In this document: piece after piece, positions 1 through 12,576 of the stretch
Layout: each line of letters begins with the position of its first letter
Numbering within the stretch: position 1 is the first letter of the stretch
Source of the DNA: Mustelus asterias
Taxonomy: Eukaryota
Assembly (NCBI RefSeq): GCF_964213995.1
Contig: NC_135809.1
Coordinates: 59,520,001-59,584,000, forward strand
Length of the DNA stretch: 64,000 bases
Direction: 5' to 3'
Notes under the pieces: model-generated
Told to the model about the DNA's origin: nothing
What the model saw: only the letters and a program-made list of their open reading frames with translations
Database searches by the model: none
Translations under genes and position numbers: made by a program

Positions 1-1322
1 CGGGGAGGAGGGAGCCACGGCGGGGAGGAGGGCGCCGCGGCGGGGAGGAGGGCGCCGCGGCGGGCGGAGGGAGCCGCGGCGGGGCGGAGGGAGCCGCGGC
101 AGGGCGGAGGGAGCCGCTGGGGGCAGAGGGAGCCGCTGGGGGCGGAGGGAGCCGCGGCGGGGAGGAGGGAGCCGCGGCGGGGAGGAGGGAGCCGCGGCGG
201 GGAGGAGGGAGCCGCGGCGGGGAGGAGGGAGCCGCGGCGGGGAGGAGGGAGCCGCGGCGGGGAGGAGGGAGCCGCGGCGGGGAGGAGGGAGCCGCGGCGG
301 GGAGGAGGGAGCCGCAGCGGGGAGGAGGGAGCTGCTGGGGGCGGAGGGAGCTGCGGCGGCGGAGGGAGCTGCGGCGGGGAGGAGGGAGCCGCTGGGGGCG
401 GAGGGAGCCGCGGCGGGGCGGAGGGAGCCGCTGGGGGCGGAGGGAGCCGCGGCGGGGCGGAGGGAGCCGCGGCGGGGCGGAGGGAGCCGCTGGGGGAGGA
501 GGGAGCCGCTGGGGGAGGAGGGAGCCGCTGGGGGAGGAGGGAGCCGCTGGGGGAGGAGGGAGCCGCTGGGGGTGGAGGGAGCCGCTGGGGGCGGAGGGAG
601 CCGCTGGGAGAGGAGGGAGACGCTGGGGGAGGAGGGATCTGCGGCGGGGAGGAGGGAGCCGCGGCGGGGAGGAGGGAGCGGCTGGGGGCGGAGGGAGCTG
701 CTGGGGGCGGAGGGAGCCGCTGGGAGAGGAGGGAGACGCTGGGGGAGGAGGGATCTGCGGCGGGGAGGAGGGAGCCGCGGCGGGGAGGAGGGAGCGGCTG
801 GGGGCGGAGGGAGCTGCTGGGGGCGGAGGGAGCCGCTGGGGGCTGCGGCGGGCGGAGGGAGCCGCGGCGGGGTGGAGGGAGCCGCGGCGGGGAGGAGGGA
901 GCTGCGGCGGGGAGGAGGGAGCCGCGGCAGGGAGGAGGGTGTCGCTGGGGGCGGAGGGAGTCGCTGGGGGCGGAGGGAGCCGCGGCGGGGAGGAGGGAGC
1001 CGTGGCGGGGAGGAGGGAGCCGCGGCGGGGAGGAGGGAGCCGCGGCGGGGAGGAGGGAACCGCGGCGGGGAGGAGGGAGCCGCGGCGGGGAGGAGGGAGC
1101 CGCGGCGGGGAGGAGGGAGCCGCGGCGGGGAGGAGGGAGCCGCGGCGGGGAGGAGGGAGCCGCGGCGGGGAGGAGGGAGCCGCGGCGGGGAGGAGGGAGC
1201 CGAGGAGGGAGTCGCGGCGGGCGGAGGGAGCCGCGGCGGGGAGGAGGGAGCCGCGGCGGGGAGGAGGGAGCCGCGGCGGGGAGGAGGGAGCCGCGGCGGG
1301 GAGGAGGGAGTCGCGGCGGGCG
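1..1322. repeat. GC-rich minisatellite, ~20-bp unit (GGGGAGGAGGGAGCCGCGGC), runs off the left edge
   Basis: Direct tandem repetition with variant units (GCCGCTGGGGGCGGAGGGA). The ORFs at 572-1391 are simple translations of the repeat. Confidence 0.97.
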
Positions 1323-1329
1323 GAGAGAA

Positions 1330-1415
1330 TAGAACCTGGGTGGGATTTTTGTTGGTGCAGGCTCGATGAGCCAAATGGCCTCCTTCTGTAGTGATCTTAT
1401 TATTCTATGATTCTT
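1330..1415 (+). mobile_element. 3' tail of HE1-like V-SINE
   Basis: CCTGGGTGGGATT...GCAGGCTCGATGAGCCAAATGGCCTCCTTCTG...TTCTATGATTCT matches the tail of the full copy at 7215-7560. Confidence 0.8.
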
Positions 1416-1419
1416 TGAT

Positions 1420-1870
1420 GATCCAGCCTCTGCAGCCCTCTGTGATAAAGAGTGCCACAGATTCACTAACCTCCGAGAGAAGAAATTCCTCCTCGTCTCT
1501 GTCTTAAACGGGTGGCCCTTTATTCTGAGATTATGCCCTCTGGTTCATACAGTTTCCCATAAGGGGAAATATCCTCTTAGCGTCTATCCCATCAAGCCCC
1601 CTGTGAATCCTATATGTCTCAATAAGGTCGCCTCTCATTTTTCTAAACTGTAATGAGTACAGGCCCAACCTACTCAATCTCTCCTCATGAGAAAATCCCT
1701 CCATACCCAGGATAAACCTCGTGAACCTTCACTAGACTGCCTCCAATGCCAGTATATCTTTCCTTAGATAAGGGGACCTGTTCACAGTGTTCCAGGTGTG
1801 AGTCCAACTAGTGCCTCGTATAGTTTTAGCAAGATGTCACTATGTTTATGCTTCATTCCCTTTGAAATAA
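1420..1870 (-). mobile_element. Degenerate CR1 LINE ORF2 3' fragment
   Basis: Reverse complement resembles the LLKLY.ALV..HLE and downstream region of the CR1 copies in this window. Confidence 0.75.
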
Positions 1871-2572
1871 CAGACAAAGTATCCCGGTCTTCAGAAAATG
1901 AGCATGAGGTAAATGCAATACATTTTACATAGAAAGTGAAAGAAGAAAGATAAAAGTAGTAGTTCCAGAGGAGAGAATATCTCAAGTCACCCTTCATAAC
2001 ATTGTTTCCCATCCACTGCATCAATCATAGGAATGTAGGAAAAGTAATAGGCCACTCGGCCCCTTGAGCCTGCTTTGACATTCAATGAGATCATCGCTGT
2101 TCTACAATTTAACTCTAATTACCCACCTTTGCCTCATGTCACTCAATACGCTTAGGTCAGAATTCAGATTTAAGATTGATAATTGATCTACCATCAATTG
2201 CTGTTTGCAGTATAGCGTTCCTAACTTCTCCCACTTTGTGTTGTAGAATTATTTCCTAATTTCACTCCTGAAAGGTCAGCCTCTCATTTAGAACTATGCC
2301 CCTTAGTCTTAGACTCCCCAACCAACAAAAATCTTTTCCATCATTCTGTTCTTCTTTGTATCTTAGTCAAATCATCCCTTCATTGTCTAAATTTCAGACA
2401 GTACAACATTAGTTTGTGCAATTTTGCCTCCTAATTTAAGCCTTGCAGTCGGGATATCCTTCTGGTGAATATACGCAGCACTCCCTCCTATATCCTTCCT
2501 AAGTTATAGTGCCCAGACTGCGCACAGTGCATCCAGGTGAGTCGAGCCAGGGCTTTCGATCCCATGACCATT

Positions 2573-2740
2573 ATAGAATCCCTCCAGTACAGAAGGGGGC
2601 CATTTGGCCCATCGAGTCTGTACCAACCACAATCCCACCCAGGCCCTATTCCCGAAACCCCACACATTTATCCTGCTAATCGCCTGGCACTAGGGTCAAT
2701 TTAGCATGGCCAATCAACCTAACCCGCACATCTTTGGACA
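2573..2740 (-). mobile_element. HE1-like V-SINE, 3' half
   Basis: Matches the reverse complement of 7370-7560. Confidence 0.85.
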
Positions 2741-3237
2741 TGATGCAAATCATAAATAAACAGTGAATAACTGAGCCCAAACAGTGATTCCTGTGGAACA
2801 CCACTTGTCACATCCAGCCAATTAGAGAATCTGCCTGTTGTCCCAACTCACTCTCTCGTCTCATCGTTCTGCCAATGTACTTCCAGAGCAATCATTTGCC
2901 TTCAAATCCATGAGGTTCACCTGTAGCTACACTTAAATTTGTGCCTCATCAAGAGGTCATCGGGCTGGAAATGTAGAAAGGCCCCAAGATAAAATGAAGA
3001 ATATCTCAACTCGTTGAGGTCAAAAATATCTTACTTTTCATTTCGACCAATGGGATTTTGTAGATGTGGGGAGGTGGTCTTCATTTTTTGAATTCACTCA
3101 TGAGATGTGGTTGTCGTTGGCTAGGCCAACATTTATTACGCATCTCTATTTGCCTTTGAGAAGGTTTAGTTTAAGGTTTATTTATTATTGCCCCAAGTAA
3201 GCTTACATTAACACTGCAATGAACTTACTGTGAAATT

Positions 3238-3757
3238 CTATACTGTGATCCTAGTAAATCTTTTCTGCACTCTTTCTAGTTTAATAATATCCTTTCTATA
3301 ATAGGGTGACCAGAATTGCACACAGTATTCCAAGTGTGGCCTTACCAATGTCTTGTACAACTTCAACAAGACATTCCAACTCCTGTATTTAATGTTCTGA
3401 CTGATGAAACCAAGCATGCCGAATGCCTTCTTCACCACTCTGTCCACCTGTGACTCCACTTTCAAGGAGCTATGAACATGTACCCCTAGATCTCTTTGTT
3501 CTGTAACTCTCCCCAACGCCCTACCATTAACTGAGTAAGTCCTGCCCTGGTTCAATCTACCAAAATGCATCACCTCGCATTTATCTAAATTAAACTCCAT
3601 CTACCATTCGTCAGCTCACTGGCCAAATTGATCAAGATCCCGTTGCAATTGGGGATAACTTTCTTCACCGTCCACCAATCTTAGTGTCATCTGCAAACTT
3701 ACTAACCATGCCTCCTACATTCTCATCCAAATCATTAATATAAATGACAAATAACAC
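3238..3757 (-). mobile_element. CR1 LINE RT C-terminal fragment
   Basis: ORF 3238-3600 reads MEFNLDKCEVMHFG...LVRPHLEYCVQFWSP. The FADDTK motif lies upstream on the minus strand. Confidence 0.95.
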
Positions 3758-4194
3758 TCGATAAGGCCATGGCTGATCTGATTGTAACCTACCGTGTTCG
3801 CTGCCTTTTGAGGAAGAGAGTTCTAAAGACTCACTTCCCTCAAATTCCAGACTTGTTTTAGTAAAAATAGATTTATTAATTGAATATAAATTCCACCAGC
3901 TGCCATGGTGGGATTTGAACTCATGGTCTCAGAGCATTAACCTAGATTACCAGTTCAGTGACATTACTACTACACCATCATCTCCCCAAGTACTGTTTGA
4001 TACTAAAGTGCCCTAGGGCCTTGACCAGACGCAGCAGGGACATTTTTGCCAAAACAATTGACCCTCTGTCATATCAATGGGTCTTCCACAATTAGCCATT
4101 CCCTCACCTCCCCAAATCTCTCTCTGAAAAAGGGAATGTCACTTTGCATAATGTGACTCTTTAATAAGTTTTCTTCTTTTATAATCATTCACTA

Positions 4195-4595
4195 ATGAAT
4201 ACGATTGTCCACCTAAGAAACTCCGTGGGTTCTGTGGGTCTTTGTGTGGCTGATGAGCCCAATCCTAGAGTCGCATCTTCAACTGCACACTTAGCAGGTG
4301 TTTCTGGGAGGTGGGTTCAGTCCTTGAAGACTGGTATTCCTTTCTAAGGCTCGTTTCCGGATCTCCTCTTGCCGTCGGATGTCCTCGAAGAATTGTGTCC
4401 CTTCTACCAGGAGGTTCCTCTAAGTAGGTCCCTTCTGAGCAGGGACCTGCCAGGCGTTGGCGTCTATGTTGCATTTCTTGAGGTGAGCCTTCAGGGTATC
4501 TTTGAAGCATTTCCTTTGTCCTCCTCATGTTCGGGAGCCTTCCTTGAGCTGGGTGAAGAAGAATTACTTTGGCAGTCTGGACTCTGACATCCTAT
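4195..4595 (-). mobile_element. RTE-clade LINE 3' fragment
   Basis: Minus strand reads GGQRKCFKDTLKAHLKKCNIDANAWQ, typical of the RTE ORF C-terminus. Confidence 0.7.
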
Positions 4596-5934
4596 CAGAA
4601 CATCAGCCATCAGCACACCTTGACTGTCATCGCCTTTTGTTACCAGCTCCTTGCTCACCTATCCAGTTCATTCACTCTGACAGATCACTGCTCAGTTTGC
4701 ACTGAGTCTTGCAGGTATGAACTGACAAGACTGAGAGCCATCAAAAGTGTTTATAACGAACTTCAAAACACATTAGCTGAGTATAGTGAGTTGTCTTTGC
4801 GATGGGCATCCTGGATTAGAATCCTGTTGCACGCTATGTTTAACACAGATTCTCTTGTTGAGTTGGCGGTATTCATGCTGTCCTTGACCTTCCACTGATA
4901 AAGGTCATGGGTTTTGGAGCTGCTGTTGGAGGAGCCTTGACATGTTGCCGCAGTGCATCTTGTATCTCGCATACACTGTAACAATGGGATGTCGGTGCTG
5001 TTAAATGTAAGCTTACTTGTGACACTAATAAATAAACTTTAAACTTTATTCCCTCATAATTAAATTTCTCCATTCCAGGCAAGAACCCCGTAAATCTCCT
5101 CTGTACTGTCTCTCATGCAAGTTTATGTTTCCGCTAGTGCAGTGACCAGAATTGCATGTGGCACTCTAACGGTGGTCTAACTAACGTTATTATACAGTCC
5201 CAACATAATCTCCCAGCTTTCCCTCCCTACAGATGCTGCCAGACCTGCTGAGATTTTCCAAGCATTCTCCATCCTTCAATCTGAGGCTGAATTGAGATTA
5301 ACCAACTCGGTACAGACCCAGGACTGAACCTGGGGTCTGCCAGATCTGCAGATATTATACTCATAAAACCTTACAGCACAGGAGGCCGCCATTCGGCCTC
5401 TTTGAAAGAGATATCCAGTTAGCTTCACCAACCTGCACCTTGCTCATAGATCCAGTTATATTTTGTGCTACCTATCTATCCACTGAGTCTTCACTGGGGA
5501 TGTTATTACTGGAGATATAATGGACTATTTAAAAAGAACATGGCCTTTCCTTACTTCAGCAAGTCGCAAGGTGTTTCACCCCATCAATGAATTATTACTG
5601 AAAAGTACTGGCTGCTTTCTCATTCAAATTCATTTAATTACATTAATCATCCAGGTTACATAAACACATAGAGCCGCAACAATGCAGGATTAGGCCTTTA
5701 TTTGGACACCAGAGTCACGATTCCCATCTGAATACTATCCGTTGATAGTTATACCATTCTGACCTTTGGTCATTACAATTCATGTAAATTGCCACAAGGT
5801 GGTCATCATGAAGGAAAGATGCATATAAGTGACAACAGAACAACGTTGGCACCGCAAAGCACACTTAGTTCCTCATAATCTCTGCCAATCAGCTTGTTAC
5901 CATGGTTACATGGCCCTCCACATCCCAGCTGTAA

Positions 5935-6175
5935 TACTGAGGACTTGTGTTAAAGAACCCCAGCGTGCTTGTAGCCAAGCTATTGCAGTACAGCTACAAC
6001 ACTAGCAATTAGCCAACAATGCGGAAAATTGCCCAGGTCTGCCCTGTCCACAACAGGACAAATGCAAGCCAGACATTTACCACCCCACCAATCTGCTCTT
6101 GATTATCAGCTAAATAATGGAAGGTATGGTCGACAGTGCAACCAACCAGCACTTGCTCAGCAATGACCTGCTCCT
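5935..6175 (+). mobile_element. RT fragment of a second CR1-group LINE ('LINE-B'), host of the CR1 insertion at 6215
   Basis: Degenerate KIAQVCPVH...Y.P..LL.IIS..MEG motif. It resumes at about 9590 after the CR1. Confidence 0.7.
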
Positions 6176-6214
6176 GATTTATAACCTGCTCCTGATATAT
6201 AACCTGCTCCTGAA

Positions 6215-9200
6215 TACCAATATTCTGGGGGGGGGGAGATTTGCTAATGCTCTTCGGGAGGGTTTAAACTAATTCGGCAGGGGAGTGGGAACCTGAATTG
6301 TTGCTCCAGTGTACGGGAGGATGTGAGTGGTGAGGTCATGAATAAGGTTTCAAGGTCGCAGGAGTGTACCGGCAGGCAGGAAGGTGTTTTGAAGTGTGTC
6401 TACTTCAACGCCAGGAGCATCCGGAATAAGGTGGGTGAACTTGCAGCATGGGTTGGTACCTGGGACTTCGATGTTGTGGCCATCTCGGAGACATGGATAG
6501 AGCAGGGACAGGAATGGTTGTTGAAGGTTCCGAGGTTTAGATGTTTCAGTAAAATCAGAGGTGGTGGTAAAAGAGGGGCAGGTGTGGCATAGTTAGTCAA
6601 GGACAGTATTAGGGTGGCAGAAAGGATGTTTGATGAGGACTTGTCTACTGAGGTAGTATGGGCTGAGGTTAGAAACAGGAAAGGAGAGGTCACCCTGTTG
6701 GGAGTTTTCTATAGGTCTCTGAAAAGTTCCAGAGATGTAGAGGAAAGGATTGCAAAGATGATTCTGGATAGGAGCAAAAGTAACAGAGTAGTTGTTATGG
6801 GTGACTTTAACTTTACAAATATTGACGGGAAACTCTATAGTTCAAGTACGTTAGATGGGTCAGTTTTTGTCCAATGTGTGCAGGACGGTTTCCTGACACA
6901 GTATGTAGATAGGCCAACAAGAGGCGAAGCCACATTGGATTTGGTACTGGGTAATGAACCAGGCCAGGTGTTAGATTTGGAGGTAGGTGAGCACTTTGGT
7001 GATAGTGACCACAATTCGGTTACGTTTACTTTAGCGATGGAAAGGGATAGGTATATACCGCAGGGCAAGTGTTATAGCTGGGGGAAAGGAAATTATGATG
7101 TGATTAGGCGAGATTTAGGATGCATAGGATGGGGAAGAAATCTGCAGGGGATGGGCACAATTGAAATGTGGAGCTTGTTCAAGGAACAGCTACTGCGTGT
7201 CCTTGATAAGTATGGGGCAGCACGGTAGCACAGTGGTTAGCACTGCTGCTTCACAGCTCCAGGGTCCTGGGTTCGATTCCCGGCTCGGGTCACTGTCTGT
7301 GTGGAGTTTGCACATTCTCCTCGTGTCTGCGTGGGTTTCCTCCAGGTGCTCCGGTTTCCTCCCACAGTCCAAAGATGTGCGGGTTAGGTTGATTGGCCAG
7401 GTTAAAAATTGCCCCTTAGAGTCCTGGGATGCGTAGGTTAGAGGGATTAGTGGGTAAATATGTGCGGATAGGGCCTGGGTGGGATTGTGGTCGGTGCAGA
7501 CTCGATGGGCCGAATGGCCTCCTTCTGCACTGTAGGGTTTCTATGATTTCTATGATCTATGATGTACCTGTCAGGCAGGGAGGAAGTGGTTGAGTGAGGG
7601 AACCGTGGTTTACTAAAGAAGTTGAATCTCTTGTGAAGAGGAAGAAGGAGACTTATGTAAAGATGAGACATGAAGGCTCAGTTAGGGCGTTTGAGAGTTA
7701 CAAGTTAGCCAGGAAGGACCTGAAGAGAGAGCTAAGAAGGGCCAGGAGGGGACATGAGAAGTCTTTGGCAGGTAGGATCAAGGAAAACCCTAAAGCTTTC
7801 TATAGGTATGTCAGGAATAAAAGAATGACTAGGGTAAGATTAGGGCCAGTCAAGGACAGTAGTGGGAAGTTGTGCGTGGAGTCCGAAGAGATAGGAGAGG
7901 CGCTAAATGAATATTTTTCATCAGTATTCACACAGGAAAAAGACAACGTTGTCGAAGAGAATACTGAGATACAGGCTATTAGACTAGGCGGGATTGAGGT
8001 TAATAAGGAGGAGGTGTTAGCAATTCTGGAAAGTGTGAAAATAGATAAGTCCCCTGGGCCGGATGGGATTTATCCTAGGATTCTCTGGGAAGCTAGGGAG
8101 GAGATTGCAGAGCCTTTGGTTTTGATCTTTATGTCCTCGTTGTCTACAGGAATAGTGCCAGAAGACTGGAGGATAGCAAATGTTGTCCCCTTGTTCAAGA
8201 AGGGGAGTAGAGACAACCCTGGTAATTATAGACCAGTGAGCCTTACTTCTGTTGTGGGCAAAGTTTTGGAAAGGATTATCAGAGATAGGATTTATAATCA
8301 TCCAGAAAGGAACAATTTGATTAGGGATAGTCAACACGGTTTTGTGAAGGGTAGGTCGTGCCTCACAAAGCTTATTGAGTTCTTTGAGAAGGTGACCAAA
8401 GAGGTGGATGAGGGTAAAGCAGTTGATGTGGTGTATATGGATTTCAGTAAAGCATTTGATAAGGTTCCCCATGGTAAGCTATTGCAGAAAATACGGAGGC
8501 ATGGGATTGAGGGTGATTTTGCGGTTTGGATCAGAGATTGGCTAGCTGTAAGAAGACAGAGGGTGGTGGTTGATGGGAAATGTTCATCCTGGAGTTCAGT
8601 TACTAGTGGTGTACCGCAAGGATCTGTTTTGGGGCCACTGCTGTTGTCATTTTTATAAATGACCTGGACGAGGGCATAGAAGGATGGGCTAGTAAATTTG
8701 CGGATGACACTAAAGTCGGTGGAGTTGTGGACAGTGCGGAAGGATGTTGCAGGTTACAGAGGGACATAGATAAGCTGCAGAGCTGGGCTGAGAGGTGGCA
8801 AATGGAGTTTAATGCGGAAAAGTGTGAGGTGATTCACTTTGGAAGGAGTAACAAGAATACAGAGTACTGGGCTAATGGTAAGATACTTGGTAGTGTGGAT
8901 GAGCAGAGCGATCTCGGTGTCCATGTGCATAGATCCCTGAAAGTTGGCACCCAGGTTGATAGGGTTGTTAAGAAGGCGTACGGAGTGTTAGCTTTTATTG
9001 GTAGAGGGATTGAGTTTCGGAGCCATGATGTCATGTTGCAGCTGTACAAAACTCTGGTGCGGCCGCACTTGGAGTATTGCGTACAGTTCTGGTCGCCACA
9101 TTATAGGAAGGATGTGGAAGCATTGAAAAGGGTGCAGAGGAGATTTACCAGGATGTTGCCTGGTATGGTGGGCAGGTCTTATGAGGAAAGGCTGAGGGAC

Positions 9201-9588
9201 TTGAGGTTGTTTTCGTTAGAGAGAAGAAGGTTAAGAGCTGACTTAATAGAGGCATACAAGATGATCAGAGGATTAGATAGGGTGGACAGTGAGAGCCTTT
9301 TTCCTCGGATGGTGATGGCTAGCACGAGGGGACATAGCTTTAAATTGAGGGGTGACAGATATAGGACAGATGTCAGAGGTAGGTTCTTTACTCAGAGAGT
9401 GGTAAGGGCGTGGAATGCCCTGCCTGCAGCAGTAGTGGACTCGTCAACATTAAGGGCATTTAAATGGTAATTGGATAAACATATGGATGATATTGGAATA
9501 GTGTAGGTTAGAGGGGCTTTAGATTGGTTTCACAGGTTGGCGCAACATTGAGGGCCGAAGGGCCTGTACTGCGCTGTAATGTTCTATG
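6215..9588 (+). mobile_element. HER1-like CR1 LINE: end of ORF1, near-complete disrupted ORF2 (APE endonuclease + RT) and 3' tail
   Basis: ORF1 end ...RFANALREGLN*. APE motifs YFNARSI, ISETW, MGDFN, SDHN. RT motifs DFSKAFDKV, GVPQGSVLGP, FADD. Premature stops, a frameshift near 8655 and a SINE insertion at 7215. Confidence 0.97.
7215..7560 (+). mobile_element. Full-length HE1-like V-SINE inserted in CR1 ORF2
   Basis: tRNA-like head with A/B boxes (GTGGTTAG, GGTTCGATTCC), V-domain GTGTGGAGTTTGCACATTCTCC...GGTTTCCTCCCACAGTCCAAAGA and a (CTATGATT) tail. It splits GATAAGTATG|TACCTGTCAGG. Confidence 0.95.
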
Positions 9589-9659
9589 ATGGCTCATTTT
9601 GGGTTCTACACCTGGCCTCATTGCAGCCTTGGAGTACCACCAACATCTGAGGGAATTGG

Positions 9660-9885
9660 TGGTACTCCAGAGACTCAGTCTATTGCTCTGGAGACACGGG
9701 TTCAAATCCCACCACGGCAGATGGCAGAAGTTAAAATCAATCGGTAAAATATGGAATATAAAACTAGTCTCAGTAATGATGACCGTGAAACCATCATTGA
9801 TTCTTGTCAAATCCCTTCTGGTTCACTAATGTCCTTTAAGGAAGGAAATCTGCCGTCCTCACTCAGTCTGGTCTTCATGTGACTT
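9660..9885 (+). mobile_element. Partial tRNA-derived SINE ('SINE-B')
   Basis: GGTTCAAATCCCACCA...CTGGTTCACTAATGTCCTTTAAGGAAGGAAATCTGCCGTCC is shared with 34144-34495. Confidence 0.8.
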
Positions 9886-10099
9886 TCCCCCCCCCCCGCG
9901 CCCCTCAATGAGGTTTCTTCGGAATGCCCCACTGAATATATTAACGACTCTTTTCATATATGGTTCATTTATGCTTCTAGTCTCACCTGCATGTGAAAAC
10001 ATCTTCCTTAGGTATATCCTATCAAAACATTTCATAGTCTTAAAGACATTTGTTAGGTTAACCCATAGCCTCAGACAATGCACTAAGACTGACAATAAA

Positions 10100-10470
10100 A
10101 CTGGTTTATGATTAAAGTATTTTTGATGTGTAGTCATAACTGCAATGTAAGGAATCACTGCACCAATTCAACTCCTAAGCTCCCACAAACAGCAGAGATA
10201 AGTGATTAATAATCTGGTGATGTTTCAGAGTTAAGTATTATCCAGTAAACTAGGAGAATCCAATATAACTCTTCAGATAGTGACCTGGGATTATTTGATA
10301 TCTAGGCAAGAGACTATATGGGGAGTTGGTTTAATGGCTCAACCTAATGATGGTACCTCTGACAGGGCAGCATTCCCTCAGTACTGCACTGAAGTGGCAG
10401 AATGAAGTGTTTGGAATGGGACTTGAAACCTAAAATTCAAAGACCAGAATGATATCAGTGAGCCAGGGGT
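10100..10470 (-). mobile_element. Degraded SacSINE1-like Deu-SINE
   Basis: Similar to the reverse complement of 54892-55338. Confidence 0.65.
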
Positions 10471-10925
10471 GACACTAGAATTAACTGATGATGAAAATAC
10501 AGTATATTTTATTAATCATAAAATAGTTATGACTACAATGTGTTTTATCTGTTGCAGAAATCTAATAAAGTATGCAATTTTAATAAAACTCCAAGACATT
10601 ATTTTCTCTCATTGTCAAAGAATAATGAGAATGAAGATACTGCTTATAAATGTTCATATGTGGAGCCTTGGTGGAATTGAAATGCAAAATGTTTTAAAAT
10701 GAATTATCATTGTCAAGCGACAAGTTACCACTGAAATACTCTGATCTGAAAACTAAATTAAATGTGAATTCTTTATTACGGGTTACAATTATTCAAACAA
10801 TCCTATATTTGCTAAAACTAACTGTACATGGCATCAATATTAATGTTTAATCAGAATTCTTTGACTTAAATCACATCTTACTAACTACAAGCTCTTGCCT
10901 GCTTTCTAAATATATAAGCGGATTT

Positions 10926-11217
10926 GTAGGTGGTCAGAATGGTTAAGAGGATCCAAACCGGTTGTTGAAGCAGAAAGCAAGGGCTTTACTTTATTGAGAG
11001 AATTTATTTACTTGTTCAGTCTCATAACTTTCTTCTCACATGCCCAGTGTCCCAGTATCCCCAATTGACACAAGCTCAAAGACAATCGATACAAGTCACC
11101 TGTTTCTCTTAACGTTTACAATGAAAATGACATTAACAAAAATCAATGTAATTGACAAGACATTGATAACAATTACTAGTTCAATGTTTTGTTTATAATA
11201 GAAGTAAAGACTTAACA
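10926..11217. mobile_element. Possible solo LTR
   Basis: TGT...ACA ends and TTTATT (minus-strand polyA signal). No clear TSD. Confidence 0.3.
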
Positions 11218-12197
11218 TAATGCTTCCATGATCCCAGGAGGTCCCCAAGTACTTAACAGCAATAGTAATTTGCATTAATATGGCATCTTTAACATACTTT
11301 TAAAATGTAGTCATTGTTGCAAAGTAGAAAATGCAACAGTCAGTGTTGTGCTGTTGGAATATGTTAATAAGACCCCCATCTGATTTCCAATAAATGTTTT
11401 CCTTCTGCGCTGTAACAACTCTGTCATTCTATGAAGTGATTCCCTATGTTCTTCATAGGGGGTTTTCACAACTGCTAGGAATGCTGGGATGGCTGGCATC
11501 CATTGCTTTTCCTTGCTGGAGGCAAATAGGAATCACCAGGAGAGTCTCTATAGGCTTTCGTTTGTGATATTAGAGGGTATGACCATTCAAATTCATGCAC
11601 GATACTCTGTTGGAAAGTGAAAAGTTAATGAGCTGCTTTCCTGACATGAGCAGAAACTAAAACAAGTATTGACTCTGCTCTGAAGTTTGTTGATTATTGA
11701 CCAACTTCATAATCCTAACTCTGTGAAGTGGTCTTTCGATGAGAATAAAGTTGTGGAGTGTGACATCAGCGAGGCCTGCCAAGGGATCACTGTTAAAATG
11801 GCTCTTGTTTGTCTACATGTGTTGCAGACAGAAATTGTGTGATCCCTTGTAGTCAGATGTTTGTGTGTAAGGTGTGTGTATATTTCCTTACCTTCACACT
11901 GAGACTTCAATTTAAAAACATTTTTTAAAAATGCAGCAGTGGGCCTTGTGGGGATTGTAAAGGTTATTGGTACATACAAATACACACACACATCACACAC
12001 ACTTAAACAGTGAGATGTGTAAATGTCACAGGTGGCTGTGAACTTCCCTTATTCAGGTTCATGTTTGACTAAATATTGGCAACAGAATCAAATACAGTTT
12101 AAATGCCCATAGTCACAGGTTATATTGCAGCCACCTTAATAGAGTTTGTGGCCACTTTCACAAAGTATGGTCTTAAAATCCATAATATTCAATCGTG

Positions 12198-12325
12198 GAC
12201 GAAGGAGCAGCGCTCCGAAAGCTAATGGCATTTGCTACCAAATAAACCTGTTGGACTTTAACCTGGTGTTGTTAAAACTCTTGCTGTGTTTACCCCAGTC
12301 CAACGCCGGCATCTCCACATCATGA
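12198..12325 (+). mobile_element. PLE family A terminal (pLTR) fragment
   Basis: Homologous to 13056-13142 and to the inverted part of 12577-12677. Begins inside the hammerhead core (GACGA...GAAA). Confidence 0.85.
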
Positions 12326-12576
12326 CAGGAGTGACAGCAGGCTGAGCAAGGTAAAGCTAACTTACAGGAGCACCAAAAGTGAAAAAATGAGTTCAGTGTT
12401 AGCTCAGAAGATAACAAGGGTGGCAGGTTACAGCAAAACAACAGAAACAATGGAGCAATTGTAATAGAATGGAAAATGATGCACACAGGTTTCATAACGG
12501 GAATCATGCTATCTTTTATTTCCTTCCCTTCCACTTTTCTCTGCCTCCTCTGAAGCCTGTATCAGTATTGGAAACC

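Noticed and set aside
572-1391. Gly/Arg-rich ORFs of 265 aa and 150 aa
   Set aside because: They are translations of the minisatellite, which lacks stop codons by composition.
7215-7290. tRNA genes at SINE heads
   Set aside because: The A/B boxes belong to SINEs and no complete cloverleaf is present.
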